DNA from: Felis catus
Taxonomy: Eukaryota
Direction of reading: 5' to 3'
DNA: 64,000 nt
NCBI RefSeq assembly: GCF_018350175.1
Contig: NC_058368.1
Span: 95,978,001 to 96,042,000, forward strand
In this document: one piece after another, positions 12,693 through 24,971 of the stretch
How the letters are laid out: the number at the start of each line of letters is the position of its first letter
Numbering within the stretch: position 1 is the stretch's first letter
Notes under the pieces: model-generated
What the model was told of the DNA's origin: nothing
The model's input: only the letters and a program-made list of their open reading frames with translations
Database searches by the model: none
Made by a program: the position numbers and the translations under genes

Positions 12693-13063
12693 GAAGGAAG
12701 GAAGAAGGAAGGGAGGGAGGGAGGGAGGGAGGGAGGAAGGAAGGAAGGAAGGAAGGAAGGAAGGAAGGAAGGAAGGAAAGAAAGAAGGAAGAAAAGAAGG
12801 AAGGAGGAAAGGAAGGAAGGAGGGAAGGAAGAAAGGGAAGGAAGAAAGGGAAGGAAGAAAGGAAGGAAGGAGGGAAGGAAGGAAAGAAAGAAGGAAGGAA
12901 GGAATAAAAGAAGGAAAGGAAGAAGGAAGGAAGGAGGGAAGAAAGGAAGGGAGGAAGGAAAGAAGGAAGGAAAGAAGGAAGGAGGGAAGGAACGAAAGAA
13001 AGAAGGAAGGAAAGAAGGAAGGAAGGAGGGAAGGAAGAAAGGAAGAAAGGAAGGAAGGAAGGG
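12693..13063 (+). repeat. (GGAA)n-type polypurine tract, 371 bp
   Basis: All purines except T12905 and C12993. Eleven perfect GGAA units at 12735-12778. Confidence 0.97.
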
Positions 13064-13334
13064 CACAAACACACCTGAGTAGTTTTCTAAAGTCTCTTTA
13101 GAGTATCCTGATCCACTCATTGAAAGTATACAAAGTACTGAGTGTTGTCCTTTTTAGATATGTGTGCACTATATTTGAGTGTGAGCTCTGCCATATTTCC
13201 ACAGTGGCCACGATGCCGTCACTGCACATTATGTTGTTTTCTCTTTGGAATATACATGCTTTGGATTTGAATGATTTGGTGATGTAAAATAGATCATTAG
13301 ATGTGAAAGGGATTGACGAGGATGAATCATTTCT

Positions 13335-13576
13335 CAGTAAGACCTTGGATTGCAAGTAAATTTGTTCTGTAAGGGTTCCGCAAGAGGACCACACATTTCT
13401 AATAGATTTTAACTTGATAAATGAACCATATCTTGCAATCTGAGTAGTTCGTGATGACAAACATCACATGATCACAACGGAGTCAATGGTTCTTGAAATT
13501 TGCTTTGATATACGAATGCTTTGGATTACAAGCACGTTTCCAGAACGAATTATGCTCGAAAACCAAGGTTTTGCTT
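13335..13576. mobile_element. Non-autonomous Tc1/mariner (Tigger/pogo-type) MITE, ~242 bp
   Basis: Terminal inverted repeats cagtaagaccttggattgc ... gaaaaccaaggttttgctt, followed by TA at 13577-13578. No transposase-sized ORF. Confidence 0.75.
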
Positions 13577-14719
13577 TACCTCCTTTTTTTGCAGTGCTTT
13601 TCGAATAAGTCTCAGCAGAACTAGAATGGGGCTCAAGGTGAGGGATGTGAGGCACTGGGGGTGCCCAATGTAGGGAGATATTCGCTCTTGGGTTTGTGCA
13701 AGGGCAGAGCTGGCACTGACGTGACCGTGACAGAAAGCACCTTCTATTGTTTGCAGCCTCGGCATCTCTCTTGCCCTGAGCCTAGGATCTAAGAATGAGT
13801 CTGGAGAACACTGCAAGTGGAAGTCAAAGGAGGATTTTGAGATCTAAGGAGACTATGGCAGTGTTTAAAATGGGGAATCTTGCAGGGGGATGGCGTCCTT
13901 TGACATGTTATCATCAGGCTCCTCTTAAGCCCTTGTGACAATGGCCTCTGAATAAATCGAAAAGCTTCATTGGCAGGTGCTTTGTCTACAAGTGTGTGCA
14001 GCTATCCCATAGTTGGGGCCCAAGAGGGGACTTTACTCCTGAGGCAGAAGAGATGGGACCAGATCAATGAAAACTGGAGGGGACTAAGGTGATATTAACT
14101 TCTAAAGAGACCTGAATTCTGAGGATCAAGGTTGTGTGGTGGTCTTAACTTTTCAGTTCTAAGTAACTATGGAGTGTCGTGCTGTGGATGTGCTAGACGT
14201 GTTCTGTGGAATGGAAGACCTGGGATATTTTTGGATAATTGCAAAGCACTGTGAATACTGCCCTTGTTTATCAGTTACTGCAAAATCATCTTTGCTCATG
14301 GATGAGGGCAGCTATAAGAATCCGCATTGGTACTTGGTGAGTCTGCCGTACTGAATACCATCAGCATTTCACCCAGACAACCTTGGTTTCCTTTTTACCG
14401 TTATTGGGTGACATCCCACTTGCCAGCCTCTGTGGGCTTTCTGCGTGCTTCTCTTTCCAACAGCTTGCACCTGCTTCTCTTTGCAGAGGGCTGACCTTGG
14501 CTGCTCCGTCCTGCCGTGCCCTCCCACACAGATAGCTGAGAGGGCCCGGGAGTTTCTCTGCCTTTCCAAACCAGATGGAGTGGAGGCCATACTCCTTAAC
14601 ATGCAATACATAGTCTTCTTGACTTGCTTCCTGCCTCTCTTGTGAGAAGCTCTTAGCGTCCTCCCTTGGTAGTGCCACCCTTTCACCAGGCTCTCGGAGC
14701 CCTGCCCCTTATAGCTTTG

Positions 14720-15090
14720 GGCCCTTGTGCTGGAAGCAGCCTTTCCCTACTTCCTACTCCTCAACCAGATGACTCTGACTCATCCTTAAGGTCTCAGCTG
14801 AAAATAAAATTCCCTTATGGGAAATTGTCCTTATCTCCTGCCTTGAGAAGTACCGCTGATGGAGTCCCAGAAATGCTTTATGCTTCCTTGACACATCTAC
14901 ATTTTATTAATTGGCTATTTGTACATGTTTAATTTATTCTCTGATCAAGTAGCCTGTGGACTTTGTGAGGGTGAGGGGAGGGGTTAAAGCTTTTGATTTC
15001 CTGGTGGGGACTCGAGGGTATAGCACGGTGCCTGGCGTAAACAAAGCACAGAATAAATGTGCATTGGCTTTAAGATTAAATGGATGAATG
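14720..15090 (+). mobile_element. L2 3' fragment
   Basis: ctcatccttaaggtctcagct...tagcacggtgcctggc...aataaatgtg...tggatgaatg. Confidence 0.7.
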
Positions 15091-15599
15091 TGTTTGATTA
15101 ATTGATCAATATGTGGCTTATAAATATAAATTAGTTGACACTACGTCTCATTTTCTTTGCTTACAGGCTTATTCTCTGGGATCCGTACGCTTCCCCTGTG
15201 TGTGTTATTATGAAGGATGTTAATACATGTATGGTACTCCCCTTTCTTAAAAAGAGTGCAAAACCATTTTAGGAATGAACACTTACACACATAAACAATT
15301 AAATGTTGAAAGATAACTTCCTATTGATATTTCTCAGGGGTGAGGGCTTAAAAGGTAGCCAAAAATTCATGCTTATTCACAGAATGTATTTCCTAACTTG
15401 GGTCGATACCTGGCCACAAAAGAACCACTTGTCTTTCTACTCCTCTCTCAGCTTAAAAGCACCCATTTAAATATGTTAGAATTAGGGTTGAATTGGTTCC
15501 TTAGCCACAAATATTTAATAAATAGTCTGTGTCTGTAACATGTCTTTCAGACAGAGAGAGACCTTTTAAGATCTTTTTCTAAAGCAGAATTTTCAGAAT

Positions 15600-16110
15600 G
15601 CTGGAGTCTTAGCAAGAATCTCTCTAGAAAGCAGAGCCTGAGAAAAGGGTTGTTTGCAGATCATTTGTTGTGGTATTTTATCCCAAGGAGTGAAGGGCTT
15701 GAGAAATTAAAACAGAGAAGAGAGACCAACGTAAGGATGTGTTTTCATCCCTGGTGTACCACCGAGGGTGATTACACTTGAACTCTCTGAAGAATCATGT
15801 ACATGAGCTGGGATAGTCCAGACAAAAGCATGGGGAAGGAAACAATTATTACTTAGCGTGGGACCCACATCGGTCCATGTTTGCCCTGCTTCTATTTCCA
15901 GTTACTCAAACTTGAGCCCTGGGTTATTCCTGCAAGTATAACATGCCAAGGGGTCAGAAAAGCCCTGGGGCATTAAAGTGAAATCTATTCAGCGCTGCTG
16001 AAAAAAAGAAACTCTTAAGTTAGATTCCCAAGACAGGAACTTTCTGCCTCATCGCTGTCTGGAGTCAAAATAAACCTAGAAGACATGAGTAGGGGAGCAA
16101 GAGTTATCTA
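15600..16110 (-). mobile_element. Old ERVL/MaLR-class LTR fragment (LTR16/LTR33-like)
   Basis: ctagaaagcagagcctgagaaaaggg...tgcagatcatttg resembles antisense old LTR termini. Confidence 0.4.
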
Positions 16111-16221
16111 ACAATATGTTTGACCCGTGGGATGAACACCTACCTAGATGTCTTTTGTTGGGTCATTCCAGGATCTCATTTTGTTCACTTGTTTGCCAGT
16201 GTTTAAAAACCATTAGAATTC

Positions 16222-16445
16222 AGGGTTGCCTGAATGGTTCAGTCAGTTAAAGCATCCAACGTTGGCTCAGGTCATGATCTGACCATTGGTGGGTACAAGC
16301 CCCTCATGGGGCTCTGCACTGACAGTGTGGAGTCTGCTTCAGATCTTCGGTTCCCCCACTCTCTCTGCCCCTCCCTAGCTCTCTCTCACTCTCACTCTCT
16401 CTCTCTCTCTCTCTCTCAAAAATAAAATGAAACATTAAAAAAAAA
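16222..16445 (+). mobile_element. CAN-SINE
   Basis: Full body. TSD aaaaaccattagaattca / aaaaatcattagaattca. Confidence 0.95.
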
Positions 16446-16859
16446 TCATTAGAATTCACACCATAATATGCTTTACTTCCAGAAGGTGGGGTGAACATCT
16501 CTCACAGATATGGTTGGTTTGGTCATCCTAGAATCGAATTACTTTCCCACTGAATTCCCAATGTTTCAAGGAGGGTTCATAGAATACTCTGGACTTCCTG
16601 CTTCATTTCCAAAGATGGACCTTGAAGAAGTGTTGGATCTACATAACCCCAAGGCAGGCAGGAAGTTCTATGGGTGGTGTCCATGACCTTTAGGCTCATG
16701 TTGCTTCCTCTTCCCATTTGTGTACCTGTCTGTCCCCTGTAGACATTTGCACTGGAGTCCGCTGCTCTCAGACTGAAGCACTTCTTAAGGTGGATGGTTA
16801 CTATGTCCACCCAGAAACATTGCACGCCCGTCTTTACCCACCTTTGGACCCAGGCAGCT

Positions 16860-17170
16860 GATCTGCACAGATTACTTCACATAGGTTCTATTTCCCCTGT
16901 GGCTTTGGGTTGGTTTGGCCAATGAGAGGCTTTTCGAGAGATCCAAGGGCATGAGGAAAAACAAGTTGGGGAATGTTTTCTCCACTCCCTCCCAGCTTCA
17001 GCCTCACAGTTGTAAAAGTGGCTGCATCCTGTGTCATCACAACTGTCTTTCAGCCTGCGACTGGCCTCTAGGAATCTCAGCATTACTTTTGGGTTCTCTT
17101 GCACCTGCCCTTGTTTCTAGAAGTTGTCCGCTTATTAAATTCTCTTCGGCAACCCTATCTGATCAAAGTT
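16860..17170 (+). mobile_element. Old ERVL LTR fragment (LTR33-like)
   Basis: gtttggccaatgagaggc...gtccgcttattaaattctcttc resembles LTR33-family CCAAT and polyA regions. Confidence 0.45.
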
Positions 17171-17944
17171 CTGTTTCATACTGACTCATGCAGTAAAGCA
17201 CTTATTGTGGTATGATAATTATTAATAAGGGAGCTACCCCCCTCACCACGGGAGAGAAATGGCAGGCTGTTCTCTTCTGAGCTGCTTCCAGCATCATTGC
17301 TGATCATGATCCAGCCCTGTTTTCCTACTTAGCTGACCATGTGCACTACCGGGGCCTCATCTGCTGCCTTACTTTGGTCTGTGCTGTCTGCTTGGACCTG
17401 ACAGCAGACTGATTGACCACTGGGCCAGGAGGCTCCTCGCTGGGCTCTCGGGTTTCCTGCTGTACTTGCCAAGGCTTCCAGTGGCCATAATGAGTTTCCC
17501 ATGCACCAGCTGCAGCTCACCCCGTCTCGTTTGCAGCACGCAAGAGTAGTCAAGCCTCTTATCTTTGCTCCCTCCTCCAGAGCAGTGTTTGTGATTTTAG
17601 ATTGTTTACTTTCTTGGTAACAATCTGTGTGAGAAGGCCTGTGGAGACCGTGTTTTGATCCTGGCGCTGCGGGCAAAGCTTCCTGCAGAAGGAAAGGCCC
17701 TGGAAGCTTTATAGGGGCTGTGACTCTGAATCCTGCACAGCTGGGTATGATGAGTAAGCTTTGGATCACTGCGAGGTCCAGCTTGCAAGAGACCAGGGTG
17801 CCTGGCTCCCTGGGCGTCTGTAGGGTCCTGAAGACACTCTCAGCCTGTTCTGCAGCTCTCTGCAAGCCCCATCACACCAATTCCGGATTCATGATTTCAA
17901 CAGCTCTTCAGTCTCCCGCTCTACACACTGCATCACAAACCCGA

Positions 17945-18750
17945 ACGAGATGGACTTGGGTTTGAACACCTGCTTTGCCAGTTTGGACGCACTACCTAAA
18001 TAATTCCTCTCCACCAAAGTTCTTCTGTCTTTAAAATGGGGATAAGAAGTCCACTTAGCAGGATGGAAACATACAAGTTACATCAATACAAAATATATAA
18101 GTTACATCGAGTGTAGCCTCTATTATATAATGGTTATTCAAAAAGTATTAGTTTCTCTCATAAGATGAAATTGAAGCTTTTTCTCCAATGCTTGCCACAC
18201 ATTGGCCAGTTTTATTCAGCTGTCAACCATAGGAACAGGGCTTAAGAATATAATCTGAAAAATCCATACTATCTGGACTGAACTATGGTTCCATACCTTT
18301 CTAAATATTGGACATTGGAAAAGCATCTGATCTTTGATGCGTTAGTGTATTGTTTCTGGAATCATCTTGCCTTGGCTCACATCCCAGCTTTACGCCCTTA
18401 TTAGCTATGCACCCTTAGGCAATGTACTTCACTTCTCTGTACATCAGCTTCCTTATCTGTATGTAGATCTTAATATTGGATATCATTCACCTCGTGGGGT
18501 CATTGAGATAATTAAATGGATTAGTTCTTATCAAGAGCTAAGAACAGTGCCTACTCGACAGAAGTGGGCAAAGACTAGCTTCTTTAGAAAGCTGGTGTGC
18601 TAATACTTATTCATACATTTACTGTGAATGTTATAGTAAATTAGGCAAAACCCGATGAAATTGCCATTATGTGACTATATGGCAATTTCATGTATCTTAA
18701 CATATGTATGTATATATTTAATGACATAAAGTGTTCAATAAATGGTACGT
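17945..18750 (+). mobile_element. Cluster of MIR fragments
   Basis: gacttgggtttgaa...taaaatggggataa; ttaggcaatgtacttcacttctctgtacatcagcttccttatctgta; tagaacagtgcct-like; ttcaataaatggta. Confidence 0.65.
18641..18703. mobile_element. MADE2-like mariner-derived mini element
   Basis: Perfect 13-bp inverted repeat atgaaattgccat (18655-18667) / atggcaatttcat (18679-18691) with an 11-nt loop. Confidence 0.65.
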
Positions 18751-18825
18751 ATTACCATTTCCTTCTCATGTGAAGATAAACCCCCAAAACACACTACTCA
18801 TTTGGATGTAAATGATCCAATTAAA

Positions 18826-18950
18826 GGCCAGCCGGGTGGCTCAGTCAGTTAAGGGAATGACTCTTGACTTCCGCTCCGGTCATGATTTCACAGTTTGTGA
18901 GATCGAGCCCTGTGTCTGGCTCCCATGCTGGCAGTGTGGAGCCTGCTTGG

Positions 18951-18992
<42 letters not shown>

Positions 18993-19027
18993 CTTCCCTG
19001 TGTGTGTGTTCTCTCTCCCTCTCAAAA

Positions 19028-19078
<51 letters not shown>

Positions 19079-19085
19079 AATAACT
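18826..19085 (+). mobile_element. CAN-SINE with (CT)n linker and (TAAA)n tail
   Basis: gggtggctcagtcagttaag head. TSD tgatccaatt. Confidence 0.94.
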
Positions 19086-21995
19086 TCAAAATTGATCCAA
19101 TTCAGACCACATACCCTCTTGCAAATGGAGTTCCCCCTGGCTGCCCATCCTTAGCAAGTGTGCTGTAAGTTTAGAATATTGGGTCTATCCAGTCTGAAGG
19201 ATATGGGCTCTCTTTCCTTATACATCCGGTTTCTTGCATCTAACTGCTAAATGTTAAACGAATACACTCCCTTCATAGAGCTTCACAGAGACTCAGCCGA
19301 GATCTTCTCTAAAACACATCGTGGCGTTCTCCCCCAGCCCCGAAGCTCTGTGATGCTGTGTACTGACCAAATCTCCATCTGGTTTGGGTCCCTTCCAGCT
19401 TGGGGCAAGTTGGGATTCCATGGATAGCTTCAAGGTTGCTGTTTAAAGACACCTTCATTCACTTTCCCAAGTTGGCTCCTGACCATCCACTGCCTTACAG
19501 TGACGGTTATTTCAGTGAAGAATTTATACCTTCTAGTGTGAAGCAAGACAGCAGCTGGCCAAAAACAAACACAAAAACAAAGATATCGATAAGCTCTTTC
19601 AATGAGTTTAGCTAAGCACCTACCCCTTGAGTCCCACCTCAGAAATGCGGGATGGTAGTCTGCCCAGCAAACAAGGCAGGTTTTACCACAGTCACAGAGA
19701 GGGGGGTGAGGAGATGTCGCAGGGAAGCTTTGGCAATCAACACGTCTTGTGGTAGTTCCTGAGAAGATGCTTAAGGAGTAGGCTAAAAGGGCTTTCCGTT
19801 AGATACGGTGTTCAAGGATATTTATATAGATTGATGCAAACGCTTAAACTTATACAACCTCTATTTTGAATAGAACCCTGTGTTCAGGTCTGTCTCCCTG
19901 ATTTTAAGCAGGGCTGAATGAAAATCTCTGCAGAGGGTGTTTTAAAACTCGTATGTACTTAAGTGGCTAGATGAGGTAATGGCCAGTTCAGTAAAAATAT
20001 GCTGGGGGAGAACAAGGAGAAATCCTCGCCATAAAAATATTTTTATTTAATAATTGGAAGAACGGAATGAAACACCTGCACTTTATAAATCAAAGTTACC
20101 ATGTGGCATATAACATTTGCTAATAAATTCTCAGAAGCGCAACCCTAGAAATGCAGCCTTTTTAAAAGTTTTGCTACAGTGCAATGCCATTTTATATTGG
20201 TTGACTTTATCCCATGGCTTTTCCTCCCCAAACTGTAAGCTAATAGATCATAAATTGTACTTTAAAGACTATTTCAAACTCCTCTTAGTGAGCAAATTAC
20301 TGAGGAATGAATGGTAATGATAAATTAATGGTTGAGGCATTAGAATAATCTTTGTATATCTTTTCCTCACCTTTTTATGTTGATTCGTTAGGGTCAGTGG
20401 AAGAAATAGTTTGTCCATGGCAAGGTGGCCATAGCTAAGAATCCTTTCATTTTCGGTTAATATTAACCTCCAAAAAATTTTTCCAGCCATTCTTCCCTCT
20501 TTGGGGAAGAAAAATGCAGTAACAAAAATGACATCAAGACCACTACTTACACTTCTATTAATTACTTTTGGTGTGCAAAAGAAGAAGGTCTCTTTTCAAG
20601 TAAGATAGTATCTTACTGAATCAAAGTCATGGACACCTTCTTGGGTGCACACCATTCCAGACCCGGGTGTCTATTGTCCCAGCCCCCATTTACTTCCTAA
20701 GTATCTCATGCTAATTCTCATACCTTAACATTAACACTGACTCTGCAATGTAGGCACAGGGTTGCTAAAATAGGTATTATATGCACACACATAACAGAGG
20801 ATTGCTATTTCCAGCAGAACCCAAATAATGCCAATGTTTAAGTTTTCTCCATTAGTTTTGACTTGCCCTTGGTGTCTTGGCATATGCTTTTGAATACGTG
20901 TAATGATTCTAGCTCTTTGCCCTCTGATGATGGATTTAGTATTTCCAATTGTCCAAAGGGGTCTGGAAGCCAAGACCAGAGCAAAGGAGCACGAACAAGC
21001 TTTATTAGCAATAATTGCACTTATAAAATGTTAAGTCCCTTTTTTTCGATGTCTGTAAACTTATGAGCCATTTCCTGTTAAACAACGGAGTGTGTTGCCA
21101 CTCTTACAGGTCAAAAAGAAAACTTGCCCAGAGTTATTTGTAGAAGTTAGAACGGAAACCTGACCTGAGGAACAAGGACGAATTTAAGATAAGTTAGATA
21201 GGTACTTCCAATCTGCTGGATATCCAGCAGCAATTTTATGTTCTGTAAAAGTTCTCTTCTAGAGCAAATATTGGTACACAATCCTGGTAAAAACTGAAAG
21301 CATAATATGCAAAAGGTGATTCACACTGAGCAAAAAAGATTACTACTGTCAGCCTTTCAGACAAAACGATTCAGTGTGTTAGAAGATCTCTCTCATCTCT
21401 ACAATCACAATGTGTTGTCAAGTTAAGGCCACATAACAACCTCGTAGCGAGGTTGACACACACAATTTGAATACGCTACGGGTAACTTACTATGAACAGG
21501 TTTTCAGGGAAATTAACTCTATGTCTGTTGCAGAAAACATTTGCAAAATTAAAATAGGGTTTTCCATTTATTTTCATACAATCTTTCTCTATCTTTTTCT
21601 CTGCCTATTTTTTTTTCCTGTTTATTCTTTAGCCAAATAGTAAAGAGGTGAATTTTCAGTAATATAATCTGTTTACTAGTTTCATGAAATCAGAAATCTG
21701 TTTGCACCATTTGCTATAATATATTGTAAATTATCCATTAAAATTAAAATGGAGGTTGGCAAAAATACTCTTTGACCTTGCATACGTATCTAATATGGAA
21801 GAAAGTATTTTCTTTTCAGTCCAAGCCAAATATCATTTTTGTATCTACTTTTATTTTCCCCCTCATTTTCTATTTATCTTCTGAATCATTTTATGTGAGG
21901 TAAGTTAAGTAGAAATTTATGAATTTTTCATTTTAAAAATTAATGTGTATTTTGCATGAAGCTAATGGTAATGTAAACACAGTTATTAGCCAACG

Positions 21996-22203
21996 TTTTT
22001 TAATATTTACTTATTTATTTTTGAGAGAGAGAGAGCGTGAGCAGGAGAGGGGCAGAGAGAGAGGGAGACACAGAATCCGAAGCAGGCTCCAGGCTCTGAG
22101 CTGTCAGCACAAAGCCCAATGTGAGGTTCGAACCCACAGATGGTGAGATCTTTACCTGAGCCAAAGTTGGACACTTAACTAACTGAACCACCCAGGCACG
22201 CCA
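21996..22203 (-). mobile_element. CAN-SINE (SINEC_Fc type)
   Basis: gacacagaatccgaagcaggctccaggctctgagctgtcagcac. Confidence 0.95.
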
Positions 22204-22869
22204 CCAAGTTTTTGGTTTTGTTTTTGGGTTTTTTTGACACAAAACCTCAAAATACTAGAGGCAGTTATTTAATAACTCCTTTTAAAATATGCCCAAACCC
22301 AACATTTCAAACTGAAACATAACTAAGACTCTGAATGGCCATAGGAAGTCATGGCAATTATGTCTGGCATATCCACTCCAGTGAAGTCAGTTTTAATAGT
22401 CTTCAGCCTAATAAGACCTTGATTCCAGCCATGGTCATTGTCACCTCCAAAGCACAATACACTTTTCCGTCTCAAGAAAATGATGTAAACACTTGAATAA
22501 ATTAACTTTAAAAGAAAGCTACATACACCGATACTCTGAATGTTTGTCACCTCTTCTCCCTGGAAAGTGAAAGAACTCTCTATAAACTGAAACCTCACAA
22601 AGGACTAAGAAATTATAATGCCTTCCAAAGTACTGTGGGCTATTTGCTTTCTAACACATTTTAACTCTTTTTTACAAATGATGTAGAAAGAAATAGAAGA
22701 TTTGACTTCTGTTATTTCTAAAGAAGAGAAAAACTCACAGAAACGATAGAAATGAGGTCAGTAAAAGGAAAGGTAAAATTCAAAGAGGCAACTAAGTGAC
22801 TATTTCTTGAGGTTAAGCAAATATATAACTACAGTAATGACCCAGATTCTTTTTTTAAGCTATTTAAAA

Positions 22870-23075
22870 AAATGTTTTTTAATGTTTATTTATTTTTAAG
22901 AGAGAAAGGTAGATAGAGTGTGAGTGAGGGAGGGGCAGAGAGAGAGAATTCCAAGCAGGCTCCACATTCTCAGCAAGGAGCCTAATGTGGGACTTGAACT
23001 CCCAAACCTTGAGATCATGGCCTGAGCCGAAATCAAGAGTTGGACACTTAAACTACTGAGCTACCCAGTCGCCCC
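22870..23075 (-). mobile_element. CAN-SINE
   Basis: gaattccaagcaggctcc...gagatcatggcctgagccgaaatcaagag...gcccc. Confidence 0.93.
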
Positions 23076-23404
23076 AGAAGGACAAATATTTCTATGTCAT
23101 TATTTCATTCTGATTTCTTTGTCAGTATCTCATCAAAGCCTCTATCCTGACTGCAAATCTTTTGGTTTCATCTTTGCTTGATTTCTTTTCTTCTGCCCTT
23201 CTGTACTGGATGTGGACAAGTGTATGCTCCAAATAGGTATCAGAGACGAAGGAAGGGCAGGATAAATAAGGAAGCTGGAGAAGAAAGGCTGAACTTACAG
23301 ACTCTGTCCTTGTAATGTTCTGGGGGCCCCTTACCAGTGGGAAATGTACACAATGAAATCTGGGGTTGTCTTTTCATGGCCTAAGCTTGTCAGAACATTG
23401 TTCT

Positions 23405-23613
23405 TTGTTTAATTTATTTTTTTTAGTGTTTATTTTTGAGAGACAAAGAGTGTGAGTAGGGGAGGGCAGAGAGAGAGGGAGACACAGAATCCGAGGCAGG
23501 CTCCAGGCTCTGAGCTGTCAGCATGGAGTCTAACACAGGGCTCACACTCACAAACTGAGATCATGAGCAGAGCTGAAGTTGGCTGCTTAACCAACTGAAC
23601 CACCCAGGTGCCA
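23405..23613 (-). mobile_element. CAN-SINE (SINEC_Fc type)
   Basis: Antisense body ending cacccaggtgcc. Confidence 0.94.
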
Positions 23614-23644
23614 CTTTAAAGCTATTTTTGATGCCAGAACCATC

Positions 23645-23666
23645 TTTTTGTTTGTTTGTTTGTTTA

Positions 23667-23717
<51 letters not shown>

Positions 23718-23833
23718 TTGAGAGAGAGAGAGAGAGACAGAGAGAGAGAGAGACAGAGAGAGAGAGGGAAAGGACGAGTGGGAGAGGGGCAGAGAGAAGG
23801 GAAGACACAGAATCCAAAGCAGGCTCTAGGTTG
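23645..23833 (-). mobile_element. CAN-SINE lacking its 5' head, with (TTA)n tail
   Basis: (TTTG)n(TTA)n, then a GA linker, then gacacagaatccaaagcaggctctagg. The body stops there. Confidence 0.85.
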
Positions 23834-24099
23834 ACCTAGGGCTGGGCTCATGCACAGCTGAGACTAAAGGGGATCCAAGATATCTATGCATCTCTGGCCA
23901 AGGATGTCCGTGCATACATGCAGAAGAGAGATGAGATGGTCTGGTATAGAATAAGAGCCAGAGGAGATTTGAAAATGACCTAAATTTTTAATATATTTCT
24001 GGGCCACATAGAGATCTTTAATCGGAGACTGGAAGGCATACTGGCTGGGTATATTTGAGCACGACATCTATCAATCTTTGGTTGAATACCAAGATGTAC

Positions 24100-24630
24100 A
24101 GACACAGCAAAACCACCTAAAGATCTAGGCTTAGAAATAAAAACAGCAACACTAAAAGATGAAAATAGAGATTGGCACTACAGGGAAAACAGATTTCACA
24201 GATTTAATTCAGAGGAGTTTGTTAATGGGCGAACAGACAAATCAAAACAATTATAATCCTCTAAGAAAACGTCAAAATCTAGGATTAGTAAAATCCATAA
24301 AATGACATACATTTCACAAAATCTTACAAGACAAGGAAAGAAATAACTTGAAAATGAGACTCCTACTGATGAAAAAAAAATCAATAGAACCTGTCATTAG
24401 TTGTCTGTAGATATTGGAGTTAGTAGACAAAGACAGCAAATCAGCAACATTCATAGTTTCAAAAAACAGAAGGTAACCATATTTAAAGATTTAAAGAAAA
24501 GTGTGACGACAATGACTCAACAAAGAGCGGATATCAACAAAGAGATAGAAATTATACAAACCAAACCAAATGGAAGTGCTTACCACAGGATTAACAAACT
24601 TAGAATAACTACTGAAAAATTAAAAGTGTG
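24100..24630 (+). mobile_element. Old L1 ORF1-region fragment
   Basis: A-rich: aaatcaatagaa...gatattggagttagtagacaaagac...aacaaagagatagaaattata...aaccaaatggaa. Confidence 0.6.
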
Positions 24631-24764
24631 AGAACCCCATTATTATCAAATGCTCTGGATACATCTTAAGCCCATTTTAAAGACTTAAGTTTTTCTCAAC
24701 ATGTGTATTGTTGTATATATTATTTAACAAATACTTCATCATTTATAAGTGGTGATTTCTTTTT

Positions 24765-24971
24765 TAAAAATCTTTTTAATGTTTATTTTTGAGAGAGGGA
24801 GAGAGACACATCATGAGTGGGGGAGGGCAGAGAGGGAAACAGAATTTGAAGCAGGCTCCAGGCTCTGAGCTGTCAGCACACAGCCCAATGCAAGGCTTGA
24901 ACTCACAAACTGTGAGATCATGACCTGAGCCCAAGTCAGATACTCAACCAACTGAGCCACCCAGGTCCCCC
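24765..24971 (-). mobile_element. CAN-SINE (SINEC_Fc type)
   Basis: Full body. TSD taagtggtgatttcttt / taagtggtaccttcttt. Confidence 0.95.

Noticed and set aside
12611..13120. Four ORFs of 98-151 aa (EGRK-rich or PSFL-rich)
   Set aside because: They are translations of the GGAA/TTCC repeat, which lacks stop codons.
13098..13460. 120-aa minus-strand ORF overlapping the MITE
   Set aside because: It crosses the element boundary and has no transposase (DDE/HTH) features.
17329..17865. Longest ORF (178 aa, minus strand)
   Set aside because: No recognisable domain, a non-ATG start, and locally GC-richer, partly LTR-like DNA; compatible with chance.
19530..20960. Possible LTR-like blocks at ~19.5-19.95 kb and ~20.6-20.95 kb
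   Set aside because: I could not match them to a family or define termini.
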